In this document: positions 11,650 through 24,423 of the stretch, piece by piece | Position numbering within the stretch: the first letter of the stretch is position 1 | Layout: the number at the start of each line of letters is the position of its first letter | Assembly: GCA_017654855.1 (NCBI GenBank) | Contig: CM030336.1 | Location: 1,116,001 to 1,180,000, forward strand | Origin: Podospora anserina | Lineage: Eukaryota | Length of the DNA stretch: 64,000 nucleotides | Direction: 5' to 3' | Made by a program: the position numbers and the translations under genes | The notes under the pieces: model-generated | Told to the model about the DNA's origin: nothing | The model's input: only the letters and a program-made list of their open reading frames with translations | The model's database searches: none

Positions 11650-14600
11650 GAGGTATTTCCCGATTTCTTAAGTTCCTACTTGTGTAACGCATTTCGACAT
11701 TTAACCCCAAACTCGAAACACTCGAAGCTTATATATAAAGTCGCTACTGCTACAGATGTTACACTGATAGTAATCGCTGCCGTCTGCGACATATAATATA
11801 CAAATGTCACACCAAGCTAACGACTGACTGAACGGGACTGATCTGCTTTCCATATATGTATCTGCCGAGTTAACTTGCCAGTCAACAACCTCTTCGGCAT
11901 AGCGGGAAAAGAGCTAAATAAATTAATAACTACTACCCTTCCCTGCCTATTACATTAGTGTCCGACGAATAACATCCCTAAAGTCAATGCCAGTAACATC
12001 CCTAGTAAGAATTCTATAACTTTATTATGCCCATTTCTTAAAGCTCCGAATAACGGCGTTACATCGTAGTGGTCTTTGGTGTGTAGCTCCGATAGAAACT
12101 TAGTGAAATAGAATTGCACCAACATATAATGACCGTGCCGTGTAGCATGAAATAATACCGCCCGGCTATCGTCGTCCTTTCTTATAGTATTAGCTTTATA
12201 GTAATGTAGAAGAAGCTTAACTACGTCGGTATATCCTTTATTAGAGCTAAATAAATGAGTAATACCATATATTTTTATCGAGAGCTATAGTATCGGTACC
12301 CCTGTCCAGCAAAAGTTAAACAATATTTCGGTGGTCTCCCTCTAAAGCAGCACGAAGAGCGTTGCGGTACCAGGTACCCTGTACGTTAACATCGGCACCC
12401 CTGTCCAGCAAAACTTAAATAATATTTCGGTGGCCTCCATTTACAGCAGCCTGAAGAGCGTTACCGTACCAGCCACCCTGTACGTTAATATCGGCACCCC
12501 TGTCTAGCAAAAGTTAAATAATATCTCGGTGGCCTCCATTTACAGCAGCCTGAAGAGCGTTACCGTAATCGCCGCCCTGTGCGTTAACATCGGCACCCCT
12601 ATCCAGCAAAAGTTAAACAATATCTCGGTAGCCTCCATTTACAGCAGCGTAAAGAGCGTTGCCGTACCAGCCACCCTGTACGTTGACATCGGCACCCCTG
12701 TCCAGCAAAAGTTGAACAATATCTCGGTGGCCTCCATTTACAGCAGCCTGAAGAGCGTTATCGTAATCGCCGCCTTGTGCGTTGACATCGGCACCCCTGT
12801 CCAGCAAAAGTTGAACAATATCTCGGTGGCCTCCATTTACAGCAGCGTAAAGAGCATTGTTGTAAAGGCGGCCCTGTATGTTGACATCGGCACCCCTGTC
12901 CAGCAAAAGTTAAACAATATCTCGGTGGCCTCCATTTACAGCAGCGTAAAGAGCATTGCCGTAATAGCCGCCCTGTGCGTTGACATCGGCACCTCTGTCC
13001 AGCAAAAGTTGAATAATATTTCGGTGGCCTCCATTTACAGCAGCGTAAAGAGTATTGTCGTAAAGGCCGCCCTGTATGTTGACATCGGCACCCCTGTCCA
13101 GCAAAAGTTGAACAATATCTCGGTGGTCTCCATTTGCAGTAGCCTGGAGAGCGTTACCGTAAAGGCCGCCCTGCGCGTTAATATCGGCGTCTCCCTTTAT
13201 TAAGGCTCTTGAGACTGCTGCAAGTCTACCCAGGCAAGTATAATAGAGTCTCAATTCTTGTCGAGAACCCGGTACTCTGGTCAGCATATTATCCGCCTGG
13301 TACAGCTAAACCCACCGCTAAAAAGTCGACTCGTCCTATAAAAACTTAATACTTATTTAAATAACGTCTTTTAATCTTTCCGCTAAAGCGGTATAGTCCA
13401 TCCAATACTTCGCTACATATTACGCTATCGCAAATCTCTTTTTAATTTCCCACCATCTACCCTCAATATCCGTAAGGTATGTTAAACAAGTCCTGGTAAT
13501 AATAATGCTAGTAAAATGTAGACTAAACTACCCTTCCTTTAGAAAATACTCTTTAACTGAGAAATAGGTAAGGTAGAGCTCTTTTTTAGCCCCGTTATAA
13601 GCTAAAACATTAATAACTAATATTAGACCGGGGCAGTACTATAGAATATCGTTATCGCGAAAAAGCTTGCGCTTTAGGTCGAAGCCTCGTAGCTCCTTAT
13701 CCGTCTATATAGCTATTACCTCTACAGCCTTATATAGCGTTAACGGCCGTTTATTATAGATAAAGAATTGTAGGAGACGTATGGTATCCTTCTTAAGGTT
13801 TGTTAGTATATTTTAAAGTATACGCTAATATATCTCATTGAGATCCCGGGGCAAAGTCTTAAGAGCTATTTCGATATCCCTAAGACTTATATATTTTGCA
13901 AGGCTAGCCAATTAATATACTACCCATCTAAACCTATACTAAATATTAGATATTCGTTTAGCGATATAAATAGCCGGGGAGGAAATCTATATCCCGTTAG
14001 CCCTATCTCCGACTTTATTTTAAATCCGTTCGAGAAAATTTTAAGATAATTCTTTTTCTAAGAAATCCGGACTCTACTTAAGCTTTACTATAATATAGGA
14101 GCGTATATCGGCGTTAATAACCTTTTTATTAAGTTATAAATAATTATTTTTGCTTATCCAACCGGGAATGCGTCTTAGAAACTTTTTATTTGGCCGGCTA
14201 GTAGCGATTATACGAATATAGCTTAGGTCGGGCGCTTTAAAGAATTCTATTATCCACTAGAGTAATTCCCCTATCTCTATATATTTATTTAGTATATTTA
14301 TAACTAAATAAGTATTTTTCGAATCCTTTATTATTGTATAGAGTGTTTTTATTAAACTTAAATTATTTAACTATCTTTAGTAATCGAAGTGGGATTAGTA
14401 TAGGCTATTAAGTTCCTTAGAACTAGATCCTAATTTGTAGAGTTAAAAAATAAGAGAGCGTAATACGCCGTCCACTTTCTATTTCGAAGTGTCGTTAAAA
14501 TCGAAGTAGAATTGCAGGACTATATAATCGTTCCTTTTCTGGAGATGATCTACTATCGTCGCACTAAAGATAGTTTTACTATATCCTGCTAAGCCGTAAA

Positions 14601-15902
14601 GCTATAGATAATGTGATCCACACTTCTACTTATTAAAGGTAGGGCTATCGAGGAATTATAGCCCAGACCCTTCGTACTATTTTCTTTTCGCTTTATTAAA
14701 GTTAGTCGATATATCGGGTGGGCGGAGCTATCTCTTAACTTCAGTAAGGTAATAATTATATTTTATAGTTTCGACCTTAGTTTTAATTTTATTTACCGTC
14801 TAGTATAGGTATCCTAGGCCCTCTTAGACTGCCCATAGTTAAATAATATTCTATAATTAAAGTTATATTACTAACGTAAATCAATTACTTCGCTAATCCT
14901 CCTCTCTTCTTTAACTTTATTAGACGGGATTTAATATAAAAGATCCTTCGTATATGCCGCTACTATTATTACCGTATATCTTTACCAATCCTTATTCTTA
15001 TGCGAGTCGGAGTAATCGTATATCCCGCGGATCACTAAGCACGGGAAATAATTTATTAAACCGGCCGCCTCCATCTCGAAGCAAAGAACCCCCTTTTTAT
15101 TTATTAATTTATCCCGGATACATATATCCTTCATTAATTGGTTTCTACTAGTAATTAAACCGTAATAAATTGCGGGATTATCGTCCTCTTTATTTCGTTT
15201 ATTTCGGACCACTAAGTTAGTTTCGTTATTACCGTAGGTGATCTCGCAGCTTTCAGACGAGTGCGAAGGATGTATAACGTCGGATTTATATAATCTATCG
15301 CTTGTTAGAGTAGGTTTTCTGTAGTTTTTCCGCTTTTTAATCTTCTTCAATGTTATTTCTATATCGTCCAGAAGCTGGTGGCCCTTCATATCGTATGTGC
15401 CTTTGAGCGTGCTTATAGCCGCCCGCAGTACCGTGGGTGGTTGGTCCAAGAATACAGTCTTTTGGAACGTCTGATCCTGAATGGTTTTGCTAAAGTCGTA
15501 CTAGAATACACCGCCTTTCCCGCCACCGGGACTGCTGACTACTATATCCCCGAGTCGGATATCACGCTTCAGACTAAGCGTATTACCTCCGATGCCGACC
15601 ATTAACCTAATACGTACGTTCGGAAAGCTGTGAAGCATGTCTCGGGCTATTGCCGCCGCGGACGTTGTGCTATATTCTGTATTAGGTAGGACGGTAATGA
15701 CGATATTGTGACTGCTGATCTTGCCCAAGATATAGCTATTGTTGTCGTGCTGGGCGACTGCTTCAGGGCCGCCGTATTCTTCATCGAGGAAGGCTCGGGC
15801 TGCTACAGATTCCGTAGTTAGAGCGTAAATCCAGCCGACTGTATACTCCGAATTCGCTCCTTGTTAAGAGATATCCGAGGTCTCTAAACCATTAGAAACT
15901 AT
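11650..15902 (-). pseudogene. Fungal NLR-like gene: PNP_UDP phosphorylase - NACHT - ankyrin repeats - ZZ-type zinc finger; RIP-inactivated
   Basis: PNP_UDP motifs [53 protein letters not shown]. Walker A relic *LYGLAGYSKT near 14575-14605. ANK array 12292-13200. C-terminal CDIC...YQCNICSSSDF...ECF...C...H at about 11680-11815. Start ATG mutated to ATA and many CpA>TpA stops. Confidence 0.9.
12292..13200 (-). repeat. Tandem array of nine highly conserved 99-bp ankyrin-coding repeats
   Basis: ATCGGCACCC-like marker recurs at 12292, 12391, 12490, 12589, 12688, 12787, 12886, 12985, 13084 and 13183. Unit translates as GADVN(A/I/V)QGGxYxNAL(Y/Q)AAVNGGHRDIVQLLLDR. Confidence 0.97.
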
Positions 15903-17649
15903 TTTCCCCTTTTTTCTACTTTCGGCCGTAGTATTGCCAATGTTTGCCGTACTTAATAGTCGCTTCGACATCATCAAAGGTAGTTCTGAAATGGCAGTTC
16001 CGATATAGAGTTGAGTATGGCGCTCTGAGGTAGAGTATAGCTCGTCGTCAGAAATATTGGGAGCGGGGATGATGGAAGATAAAATAATGAGAGCACACAG
16101 CAATTCAGCTTCTGAGCTTGATTGAGCGGGGTTGGCACATTTCTACAGCGAAGCCACCGTTGGTGATTGGTCGCGATGTCGGGTGGTCCTCCAATTGGAA
16201 CCCGATTAGGTCCAACCGTCGTTGCCTAACCGCTTAGGTTTTGATATAGCTTACGTCGAAACTGGAAGCTCGAGCCGAAAGTTTCTTTGACCTTCTTATA
16301 ATTATAGGGGAAGTTCCTTCCGATCCGCCTTGCTTAGCGCAGGTAAAAAAGGGGGTTATTGGCGCTCCTGACCTGTCTGCTATCTAATGCGGTTATGAAT
16401 AAAAGTAAAACCCAATGTTATGTATCGTTGCGTAAGCTAACTTTACGTAACTTGCGTAAAAAAAAAACCTATGTGGACCTTGTAACTAATCTTATCGTAA
16501 CCTGCTTTGTTTTCGGCTGTAGTTGTCTATATTTTACTGCTCTTGTTAAAAAATTGAATTACCGGCTAGAGAAAGGCAGACCCTAACCCTCTACTTGCGA
16601 ACCTGCCTTAGTTGGCGAAACAACTGCCTGAGTGAGCACAGACCAACCAACTAATGCCACGAAATGTTTCATTGGTGCTAAATTGGTCAGGGAGACCCAC
16701 TGTTAAGGAATTAATATCTTGGCAGTGGGACTCGGCCAGCCACCTGCACCTTTCTCCCAAAGACAACCAACCAATTAACTAAGTTTGAACCTCATACCGT
16801 TGTTTGACACCTATCACAAGCAATTATCGAGGCGATTAGCACGAGTCCCTGTGGGCTTGATGTGATGCTGACCCTTAAAGGCGGTTTCGCTGCCCAGATC
16901 ATTAACCCGCCACGTTGGGCATTTGATGGGGTTGGCGCCTTCACGGCTGGCGCCAGTTGCGCATGTTCGAAACATCGTTATTGGCGGTGGTACAAACGTG
17001 CACGGACATCCAAGCGTCATCCAGTCGTTCAGCTGAATCCTCAGTAAAACGCATCCCTTCCGATAGTACATATAATCATGATTTCGGCTTTGTATGCCCA
17101 GACATGCAAAGAGTTATGCTTCATGATCATTCCGCTAAAGAGCCTGGAAATACGAGTCCGAGGTAGCTACTTCGCCAAGTACCAAAGTACCTATATTTTT
17201 ACCGCCCGTTTTATTTTCGATTTCTATTTCCTGTCTGCGCTTGGATGCTTGATGTTCATTGGAAGGCAGAGGGGAGTAAATGTAGAAGATAGGGAAAGAA
17301 ATATTGCTCAGTTTTTGGCAGTATATCTTCCAAAACAGAACCCAATTTCCCTGGAAATGACAGTCTGGATGGACATTTATATCCGGGGCAATAGTGTGAC
17401 GGCGGAGAAAGAGTTCGTCTCACGTCCCGCCACTGCGTCCGAGCCAATTGTGGTCGCCTTTAAGAAGCTACTGGCCATCGTGGAACGGAATTCAACAGTT
17501 TACATGGCATATGGAATTTTCGAGACGGAAGAAGATGAGGATGAGGTGTACTTCGATGCTGTGACCAGACCTGATCAGGGCGTTGAGCTCGAGGCTCAAG
17601 ACTAGGTGCATACCGTCCTCACTGTCTACCTTATCCTCGCCAGTGCTTC

Positions 17650-18770
17650 CAGACCCATCTTCAGTCCTCATCAGTGCCATGAGCATCAGCTAACAAAACA
17701 AAAAACACCTCGTCCTTCAAATTCTTCCCTTCGGAGGGATCCACAAATAGCCCACACAATGGAGCCGATGGGCCACACACATCTGGTGCGTGAGGCAACG
17801 GACCAGCCAGGTCAGCCGGCAGGTCAGTAAAGACTTCGTTACCCAAACGAACCTCAACAAACTCACACTCCGACTCAAGTCTGAGTAAGAAGAATGTCCA
17901 TACGCTCGCGAGCAGGCTCGGGTACCACGACACTGGAGTCACCCAGTTTGTTCGTCAAGAACTCATGCATGGCGCCAATACCTTCCCCTTCGCCGCGCCG
18001 CCCGACCTCAGCAATAGCACTGGGTCCATCAACCAGTGTCTCAACAGCTTCAGCAACAACGTACGAGGTGGTCAGGGATGCGCTCTTGAACGCATGCCCG
18101 CAACCTCATTCGTCCCAAACGTGGTGCTTACGCTTCAGTGACTTGGCGCACATAACCGCGTGGTGCATCCAGTTCCTAATCCCATGGACACCGTACCGCT
18201 CCGGTTTAAGAAAAAGGCAGTCCCCTCAGCGCCTGCCGTTGGTGATGGAAATGGAAAGGACGTGACAGTGGCCGGGGGGCAGGGGCGGGGCGAGGCTGCT
18301 GATGCGGGGCGAGCCAACACGGCGAAAGTAAAGCTGGCAGTCGGCCGTCCGGGTCTTGGACGAGATAAGCCCCCTTAACAAATGTCTGGTCACGCGAGAT
18401 GAAGAGGTAGGTGAGGTACCAGATGATGCAGGAGACTTGTATCACGCTTTCAGGAGAGTGCCACAATTTGCGGGCGAAGCCGAAGATTTCGGTGGCTGAT
18501 AGGGGGCTTGTCATGATGGCCCGTAGGTCTTGGGCGCCTTGGGCGGATGGCGGCCTGGATATCGGGTGTCTAGCAAGCGAGTTCGGCTTGGGTGAGATGT
18601 ATCCCCGTACGATCTTCTTTCTTGGGTCCTTGATCTTTGAAGCATGTCTGCTGGTGGCTATGGTCTTCCATATTTTTACTAGAAGCAGACGCACTGCTGG
18701 AACCTGTTGTAAAGTTAACGCGGGCATTCAACCCAGCACGAGGGGAGCCGAGTCAGGCTCCATAAGACAT
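17650..18770 (-). pseudogene. Possible decayed gene of unknown function
   Basis: Protein-like minus-strand stretches (CLFLKPERYGVHGIRNWMHH; LESECEFVEVRLGNEVF) broken by stops and frameshifts; no family recognised. Confidence 0.25.
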
Positions 18771-19128
18771 GGTCATTGGGCTTTAAGCGCCACCTCGAAC
18801 GCAGAGACTGCTGCTTTCGTCACATGACAGCGAGCCTTATGCCTTGAAGCTCTTCAGATAGTTCATGCTCATCCAGTGAACGTGGGTGTCTCCACTGGCT
18901 TTGCAGCCCTAAAGATTGCATTATCAACCACCACGCGGATAGTGGGCTTGGCATGTCATATGCGTTTCACTATCCATCTTATTTCTCATCAAGTGCTTAC
19001 CTTCCAGCGGCCTATCCCCAATATGTTGTCTATCGCACAACGTTGACATGAAAGCCCTGAGTTGCCACAAATATACCATAGCACCATAGTCATCGCCACC
19101 CGCAGAGCTAGGTACCGAAATAAGATGC

Positions 19129-21044
19129 CTAGAGCTTGGCGCCACCTTCATCATCATCATCCTCCTCCTCCTTACGAGCGCGAGTGACACTCAACTGACC
19201 CATCAATCTGCTGACCTCCTCCACAGACTCTCCCTCCATGCACTCCCCCTGGTCACCATCAGTCTCATCCTCCACCTCCTCCACCTCCTCCAACACCAAC
19301 CTCCCCCGCCTACCACGACCTTGAACACTCCCACTTCCACTACCCACACTCCCATGCAGGCCAGCCTGCGCTTGCATTAACCTCCCCTCCGTCAAACCAC
19401 CCCTCACGCTCCCCGCAGCTGTGACCGCAGACCCAAACGGATTCGAAGGCGTAGCCCGACTATCATGTCTACTCCCCCTCCAACCCCTCCTCTCCACCAA
19501 CACCCCCTTCACCTCCTTTTTCAGCGTCTTGATCATCTCCTCAATCACATTCTTCCTCTCCCTCACCAACATTTCCACTGCCCCATTCACCATCGACCCC
19601 TGGATGATATCCGCCACCCTCCACTTATGATACAAATTGCCGTGTCCCTTTCTCCTATCCACCTTGACGGGAGAAGCCTCAAAGTAAATGTCGCACAGCA
19701 TGCAAGTGGGCTTGGAACAGCCGATGTACCTCCCGAATTTATCCTCCATGAAGAAATCCCAATGTGCATCCTCCCTGCCAGGGGAAGGACAAAGGGTCTC
19801 CCTGCGGAGGTTGGACAAGAGTGTTACTTCTGCATGGACGGTGGTGATGCACTTGGGGTCTTTGATGGAATTTTTGAGGCCGGCGTCGAAATCCCTGGCT
19901 TGGAGCTGGGGGGAAAAGAAGTCGTAAGCGGCGTGAACTTCAACGTCGGGGGTGAGGCGGTTGAGGAGGTCTTTGCCTGTGCACATTCTTTCCTTGATCT
20001 GGAGGGGGCTGGGGAGCTTAGCTGGGGAGGGGTATGGGATGACTTCGGGGGACTCGAAGAGGTCGGGCCATTTTCCGCGGGCGACAATGAAGACGCGGAT
20101 GGCGAGGGTGTAAGAGTGGAGGCGGCCGATGGCGTGGCGCGTTTCGATCCAAGGGGAAGCGGGGCTGTCCTTCTCTGGGGACGAGTTCGAGACGTTCTCC
20201 GAGGAGGGGGCTTTGAGGCGGAGGAAGGAGGCAAAGGAGGAGGTGTAGGATTTTTTGAGGGCCATGAGGAGGCGGTAGGTTTCTTGGGTGACTGTTGAGG
20301 TGAGATGTTAGTTGCGGACAGACTTGGGACGAAGATAACATTGGGACTTGGCATGGCACATACAGGACAGGAGATCATGGGGCCAAGAGGCCACCGCTGC
20401 CTCGGCAATCGGAAGTAGCTCCCGCAGGCGTCCTGCCATTGTGGCTGGTTTGTGTCAGCTTTAACTCCCATCGATAGATTTCCAGGTGCCAGTAACTTAC
20501 CCTCAGCGCCAGAGTCCTTGGCGCAGCTCTCTAGGCAAAGTCCAATATTGTCAACCAATGTTCTGAGGTACTTGTACAGGCGCCACCGACAGTACACGAT
20601 GACCTTCTTCAACAGACTGTCCGAGACAGCCTTGACCTTGGCTTCGTCTTCAAGATCTTGCCCTTTCATGCTTCCAAGTACTTTCAAGATCTCGTCAGAC
20701 AAAAACTCCTTGACCCTGGCCATCTGTGTCTTGGTGCGACTATTAGAGGCAATCCAGTATTCCACCTGACCAGGTTGGACAATCATGGCGCTCGTGACGG
20801 TGTCTCCCCCATGCTTAGTATCGCAAATTTGCGCAATCTTGTTGACGAAGCACCTATACAGGGCGCGATCTTCGTCGGGGGTGGTAACAATAGAGTCATC
20901 GTCCGACGTATGGGGGTTCGACACATGGGGAAGTGCATCCTTCAGGGCACAGAAGAGGTGAATGGCTCCATAAAGCCGCTTTGCCTGGCTGGGAGCTAGC
21001 GGGACGGGTGTGGAGGTTTGAGCGGGGAGTGTTGCGCTGGGCAT
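19129..21044 (-). CDS. old: OTT_1508-like nucleic-acid deaminase (OLD-type), copy A, about 595 aa
   Basis: Exons 21044-20501, 20444-20364 and 20291-19129 (1788 nt, in frame; GT-AG introns with CTRAC branch sites). Motifs CFVNKIAQICDTKHGGDTVT, VHAEVTLL, YIGCSKPTCMLC, HGNLYHKW. Confidence 0.9.
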
Positions 21045-22130
21045 GTTGAGGGAATGTTTGGACGGAATGAAGGGGGCCAGAAGATAATTCAGTGAAGGAT
21101 TTGAGATGTTTCGATGGGAAACTAGATTAAGAACCGTGATCTGGTTAGTAGAGCACACGAAACGAGAATGACGGGAGAAGCAACTTGAAATTTATAATCA
21201 TCCCACCATCTCAGCTAGGGACCTGGTGATGTCGTCTGTCGTCTTCGCATTGTCCGTATGCCCCTCTCCCCTCTATGCCTCCTTGGCGGGAGGATACAGG
21301 AAATCTGCCTCGAACAGACTTGGGTCGCAACCTGGGCCAACTCACTGGTCAGTGATTGGAGGATTGGCTGGTTGGGTGACCACATCGCTCGACCCATCAC
21401 CAACCAAAGGTTTCAAGGCGTCCATCGGTAACAAACAGAACGAAGAGTCGAGAAATGACGGTCAGTTTTGTTCTTTGAGATTCTGGCAGGAAAGCAGAAG
21501 TTTGTGGGCGAGCTGTGGCAGAATGATTGACTTGTGGGGGGTCGGTCCAATGATAACAGTTCGACTGGGTCCAGTTGGCGTTCCGCCGTGTCACCGTGGC
21601 AGCGCTGTCTTGCATGCCGAGACTGTGGGCCTCGGCCTCGGTGCATATTCCGGCAGTGCGCTAACCATGCCGGCGCGCAGGTTGCCTTGGAGGCATAGGG
21701 ACCCCGTTGCGGGCCTCAAACCCGCTCCTCCCAGAACAGTGACGCCTCCGGATTGCGAACCACGGTGGGCCAGCACAGTGTCCCTCGGCCAGCTGATTTG
21801 GGCTTAGTATTTGAGTAACCGTATTTGCCCATGAAACAGAATGTCAGTTGTCTTGGAGGGTCCAGTGGAACACGCGCTGGGTTTGCATCTACCTTATGTA
21901 ATGCTCAAGTTGTCAGGGAGAAGTTCTACATTGCGAAGCTAGGGAGCATCGAGCGGTAAGGGAACGATGTCGAATGACCTTTGGTTACAACACTGTTACT
22001 GACCGGTGGTGTGGGAACGATAGTCGCCATCGCCTGCTACTGTCACCAACTCAACCAACACATTTGTCCTCATCCCCACATCACAACACTTTCAGTTGAC
22101 GCTAAACGTTCTGCAGGCTTGCAAATTGGC

Positions 22131-23530
22131 ATGCTTGAGTTTCTGTAAGTCCCACACCCATTGTTACCAGGGATAACGGCCTCAGATGGGACGGAAGCCA
22201 GGCGAGGTTGGGATTTCGGAACAACAGTGGTAACGGTCCAGGTCGAATAGTACCTTTTCACAGGTCCCTAAGCCTGTGTTTGGTGCCTTTTCCCGCGGCA
22301 ACATCGCAGACCAGGGTGCTGAAAGCGAATCGGACCAGGCCTGCCCTGACACTATTAGCGCTTTGCATCCAGATTGCCACTGGTTCCCCATGCCTTCTGG
22401 CAGGTTGTCCAAAGGAAAACAGCGAGCATCGGAATGGGCGCCTTACGACCACCCCTCTTCTCTAATGGGTCATGAAACGTACGAGGAGCTTGTTCCGGGG
22501 CAGGGGGGCATCGATCCCAGGCTCCTACAAAATGACTTCGCTCCGGCACCTCCTGAACCTTTGGACTATCCGGCTGGGCCGACTGAGTACATGGCTCCGG
22601 CTGAGGCCCAGCACGATACACCAGCTCTAGTTCCATCCACACATGTTATAAGAAGCGCTCAGATTGACTACACCAACGACTACCACGACGCTCAGAATCA
22701 GTTTCACACGTCCCAGGTCGACAGCTTTGTGCCATCTTATCCTTCGAGTTCCGGCCACGAGTCTTAGTACTCCACGGCCCAACAGAACTCGAGTGTGCCT
22801 GCAACTTTGGATCTTGCAGTACAACAAGAAGCACAAACTGACCAAGACTTTCGACTTTTCTTCTCCGACCTTTCAGTTTCGAATCCACCTTTCTCCGCTT
22901 CTGGGACAGCTTCAACGATTCCTTCCACCACTCCTTACACCTACCAAACGTTCGACACCAACAACAGCCAACTCCCCTGCACAATCATTCCTACAGCAAT
23001 GACGTCTCATGATATTGTACACACCAGTTACGAAGAACAGGGCTACTCAGTGGACCCCAGTCTTTACCAACTTGAAGACACCTCTTACTACACGGCTGGC
23101 GAAGCTTCTACTTCCTATGCACAGCCCTACTCACAAGAACCCGACACCACCGAAGCCTCGCCGACCAGCTCTGAGCCCAATAAATGTCCTGTTTGTGGAA
23201 AGTCCTACAGGCGGAAATGTGATCTTGAGTTCGTCCACCCTGCATCACGCATCCTCTGAGTCTTCTTTAGCTGACACCCCACCCACAAACAGCAAGCATA
23301 TGAACAATCACACCAAACGCCGCCAGTGCCCTTTCCGCGACTGTGAAGGTGGTGGAGCCGAGACTAAAGACCTCAATCGACACCTGTGGACTCACCATCC
23401 CGAATATGCCTCTGCAGAGAACATCCCCAAGGACGAGGAGTGGTGCGGCTTCCAAGGGTGCGGGTATCATGGACGTCGGGACAATGTGAAGAGACATAGG
23501 GACAACCATAACCACTGGCCTTCGGCGTAA
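22131..23530 (+). CDS. zao: C2H2 zinc-finger transcription factor (ZAO-type), copy A, with in-frame UAG at 22765-22767
   Basis: ORF-track pieces 22276-22767 and 22795-23259 are in the same frame, separated only by TAG. Intron 23229-23292 restores finger 1 (CPVCGKSYRRKCDLDKHMNNH); fingers 2 and 3 follow to stop 23530. Start is either ATG 22131 (with intron 22145-22250) or ATG 22390. Confidence 0.85.
22744..22792 (+). other. Predicted mRNA stem-loop presenting the premature UAG (candidate edited A at 22766)
   Basis: TCGAGTTC 22744-51 pairs with GAACTCGA 22785-92; GGCC 22753-56 with GGCC 22776-79; GAGT 22759-62 with ACTC 22769-72; loop is CTTAGT. Confidence 0.7.
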
Positions 23531-24423
23531 GAGAACACAGTTGTGGTTGGGGTCATTGGATACAATATTGGGTTCTCAATGGTTTTGCACCAAGTCATGA
23601 CTTTCTGGGCATCATTCTGCTTCTTTGAAGATTGTTATGTTGGTTTTCCTCTTGTTTCTTTTTGATGAAGGCTTGTTACGACTCATGAGGACACGATGAT
23701 ATCTCTACCCCTGTTTTAGCTTTGGCTTTTATGTCTCCACTCTTTCTTTGGGACCATTCTTGGAGTCCATTCTTGCCCACTTCTCATGTTTTTGAGCTAT
23801 TCTTGGTTGTTTTTTGAGCTTGGACGAAGACCAGGGCCTTTCTTTAGACAGATATTTCCTACAATGCAACAACCCCCTCTTTGCACTTTGGATTTGGCTT
23901 TTGCAAAGGAAGAGAAAACTCAGTATCCGCAAACACTGGCTGGGGTCTACATTCACCCAACTAGCGATATAGGGCTGACACCAAGCAAGAACTGTGCTGC
24001 CTTGTGGCCAAGAAACATCACCGCCAGTCGTTGAGGGCTAACGAACCCGCACACTGCAGTCGACTGCACCTTTTGCACAGGTGTACGATTGGGTGCTCTG
24101 GAATGGTCGCTGGGCAAGTCTTTCACGAGACGAAGTGGAATGTTATCATTAGGGGAAGGGGGGGTAACTGCTGAGTGGTGGAGTTGGAGGAAACATACAT
24201 CATCGTCAGGCTCTACAGTAAGAAGGTCTCCAGACGGCGCATGGAAATAACAAACACACTTTGAGTGTATCTCTAGACAAACTGACAAGACAACTTGAAG
24301 AATCCTTCCCTCTGACGTAAATCTGGGTCATAACATCATCACAAAATGCCAACTTAAACAAGAAACCAAAACAAGCAGCAACCCATGCTTGTATATTCCC
24401 AATCTTTGGAACAAAACACCCTA

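Noticed and set aside
12292-13200. Regularly spaced repeats resembling a CRISPR array
   Set aside because: Contiguous 99-bp coding units with no unique spacers, in a eukaryotic NLR gene.
12529-13203. 224-aa plus-strand repetitive ORF
   Set aside because: Antisense shadow of the minus-strand ankyrin array.
17078-17605. 175-aa ORF as a real gene
   Set aside because: No recognisable domain, non-ATG start in the track, and it spans a dispersed repeat; only its acidic 3' end looks protein-like.
19421-21158. Overlapping ORFs 19465-20298, 20018-20359, 20452-20769, 20658-20999 and the Pro/Ser-rich tail of 19824-21158
   Set aside because: Alternative-frame or intron read-through shadows of the spliced deaminase gene.
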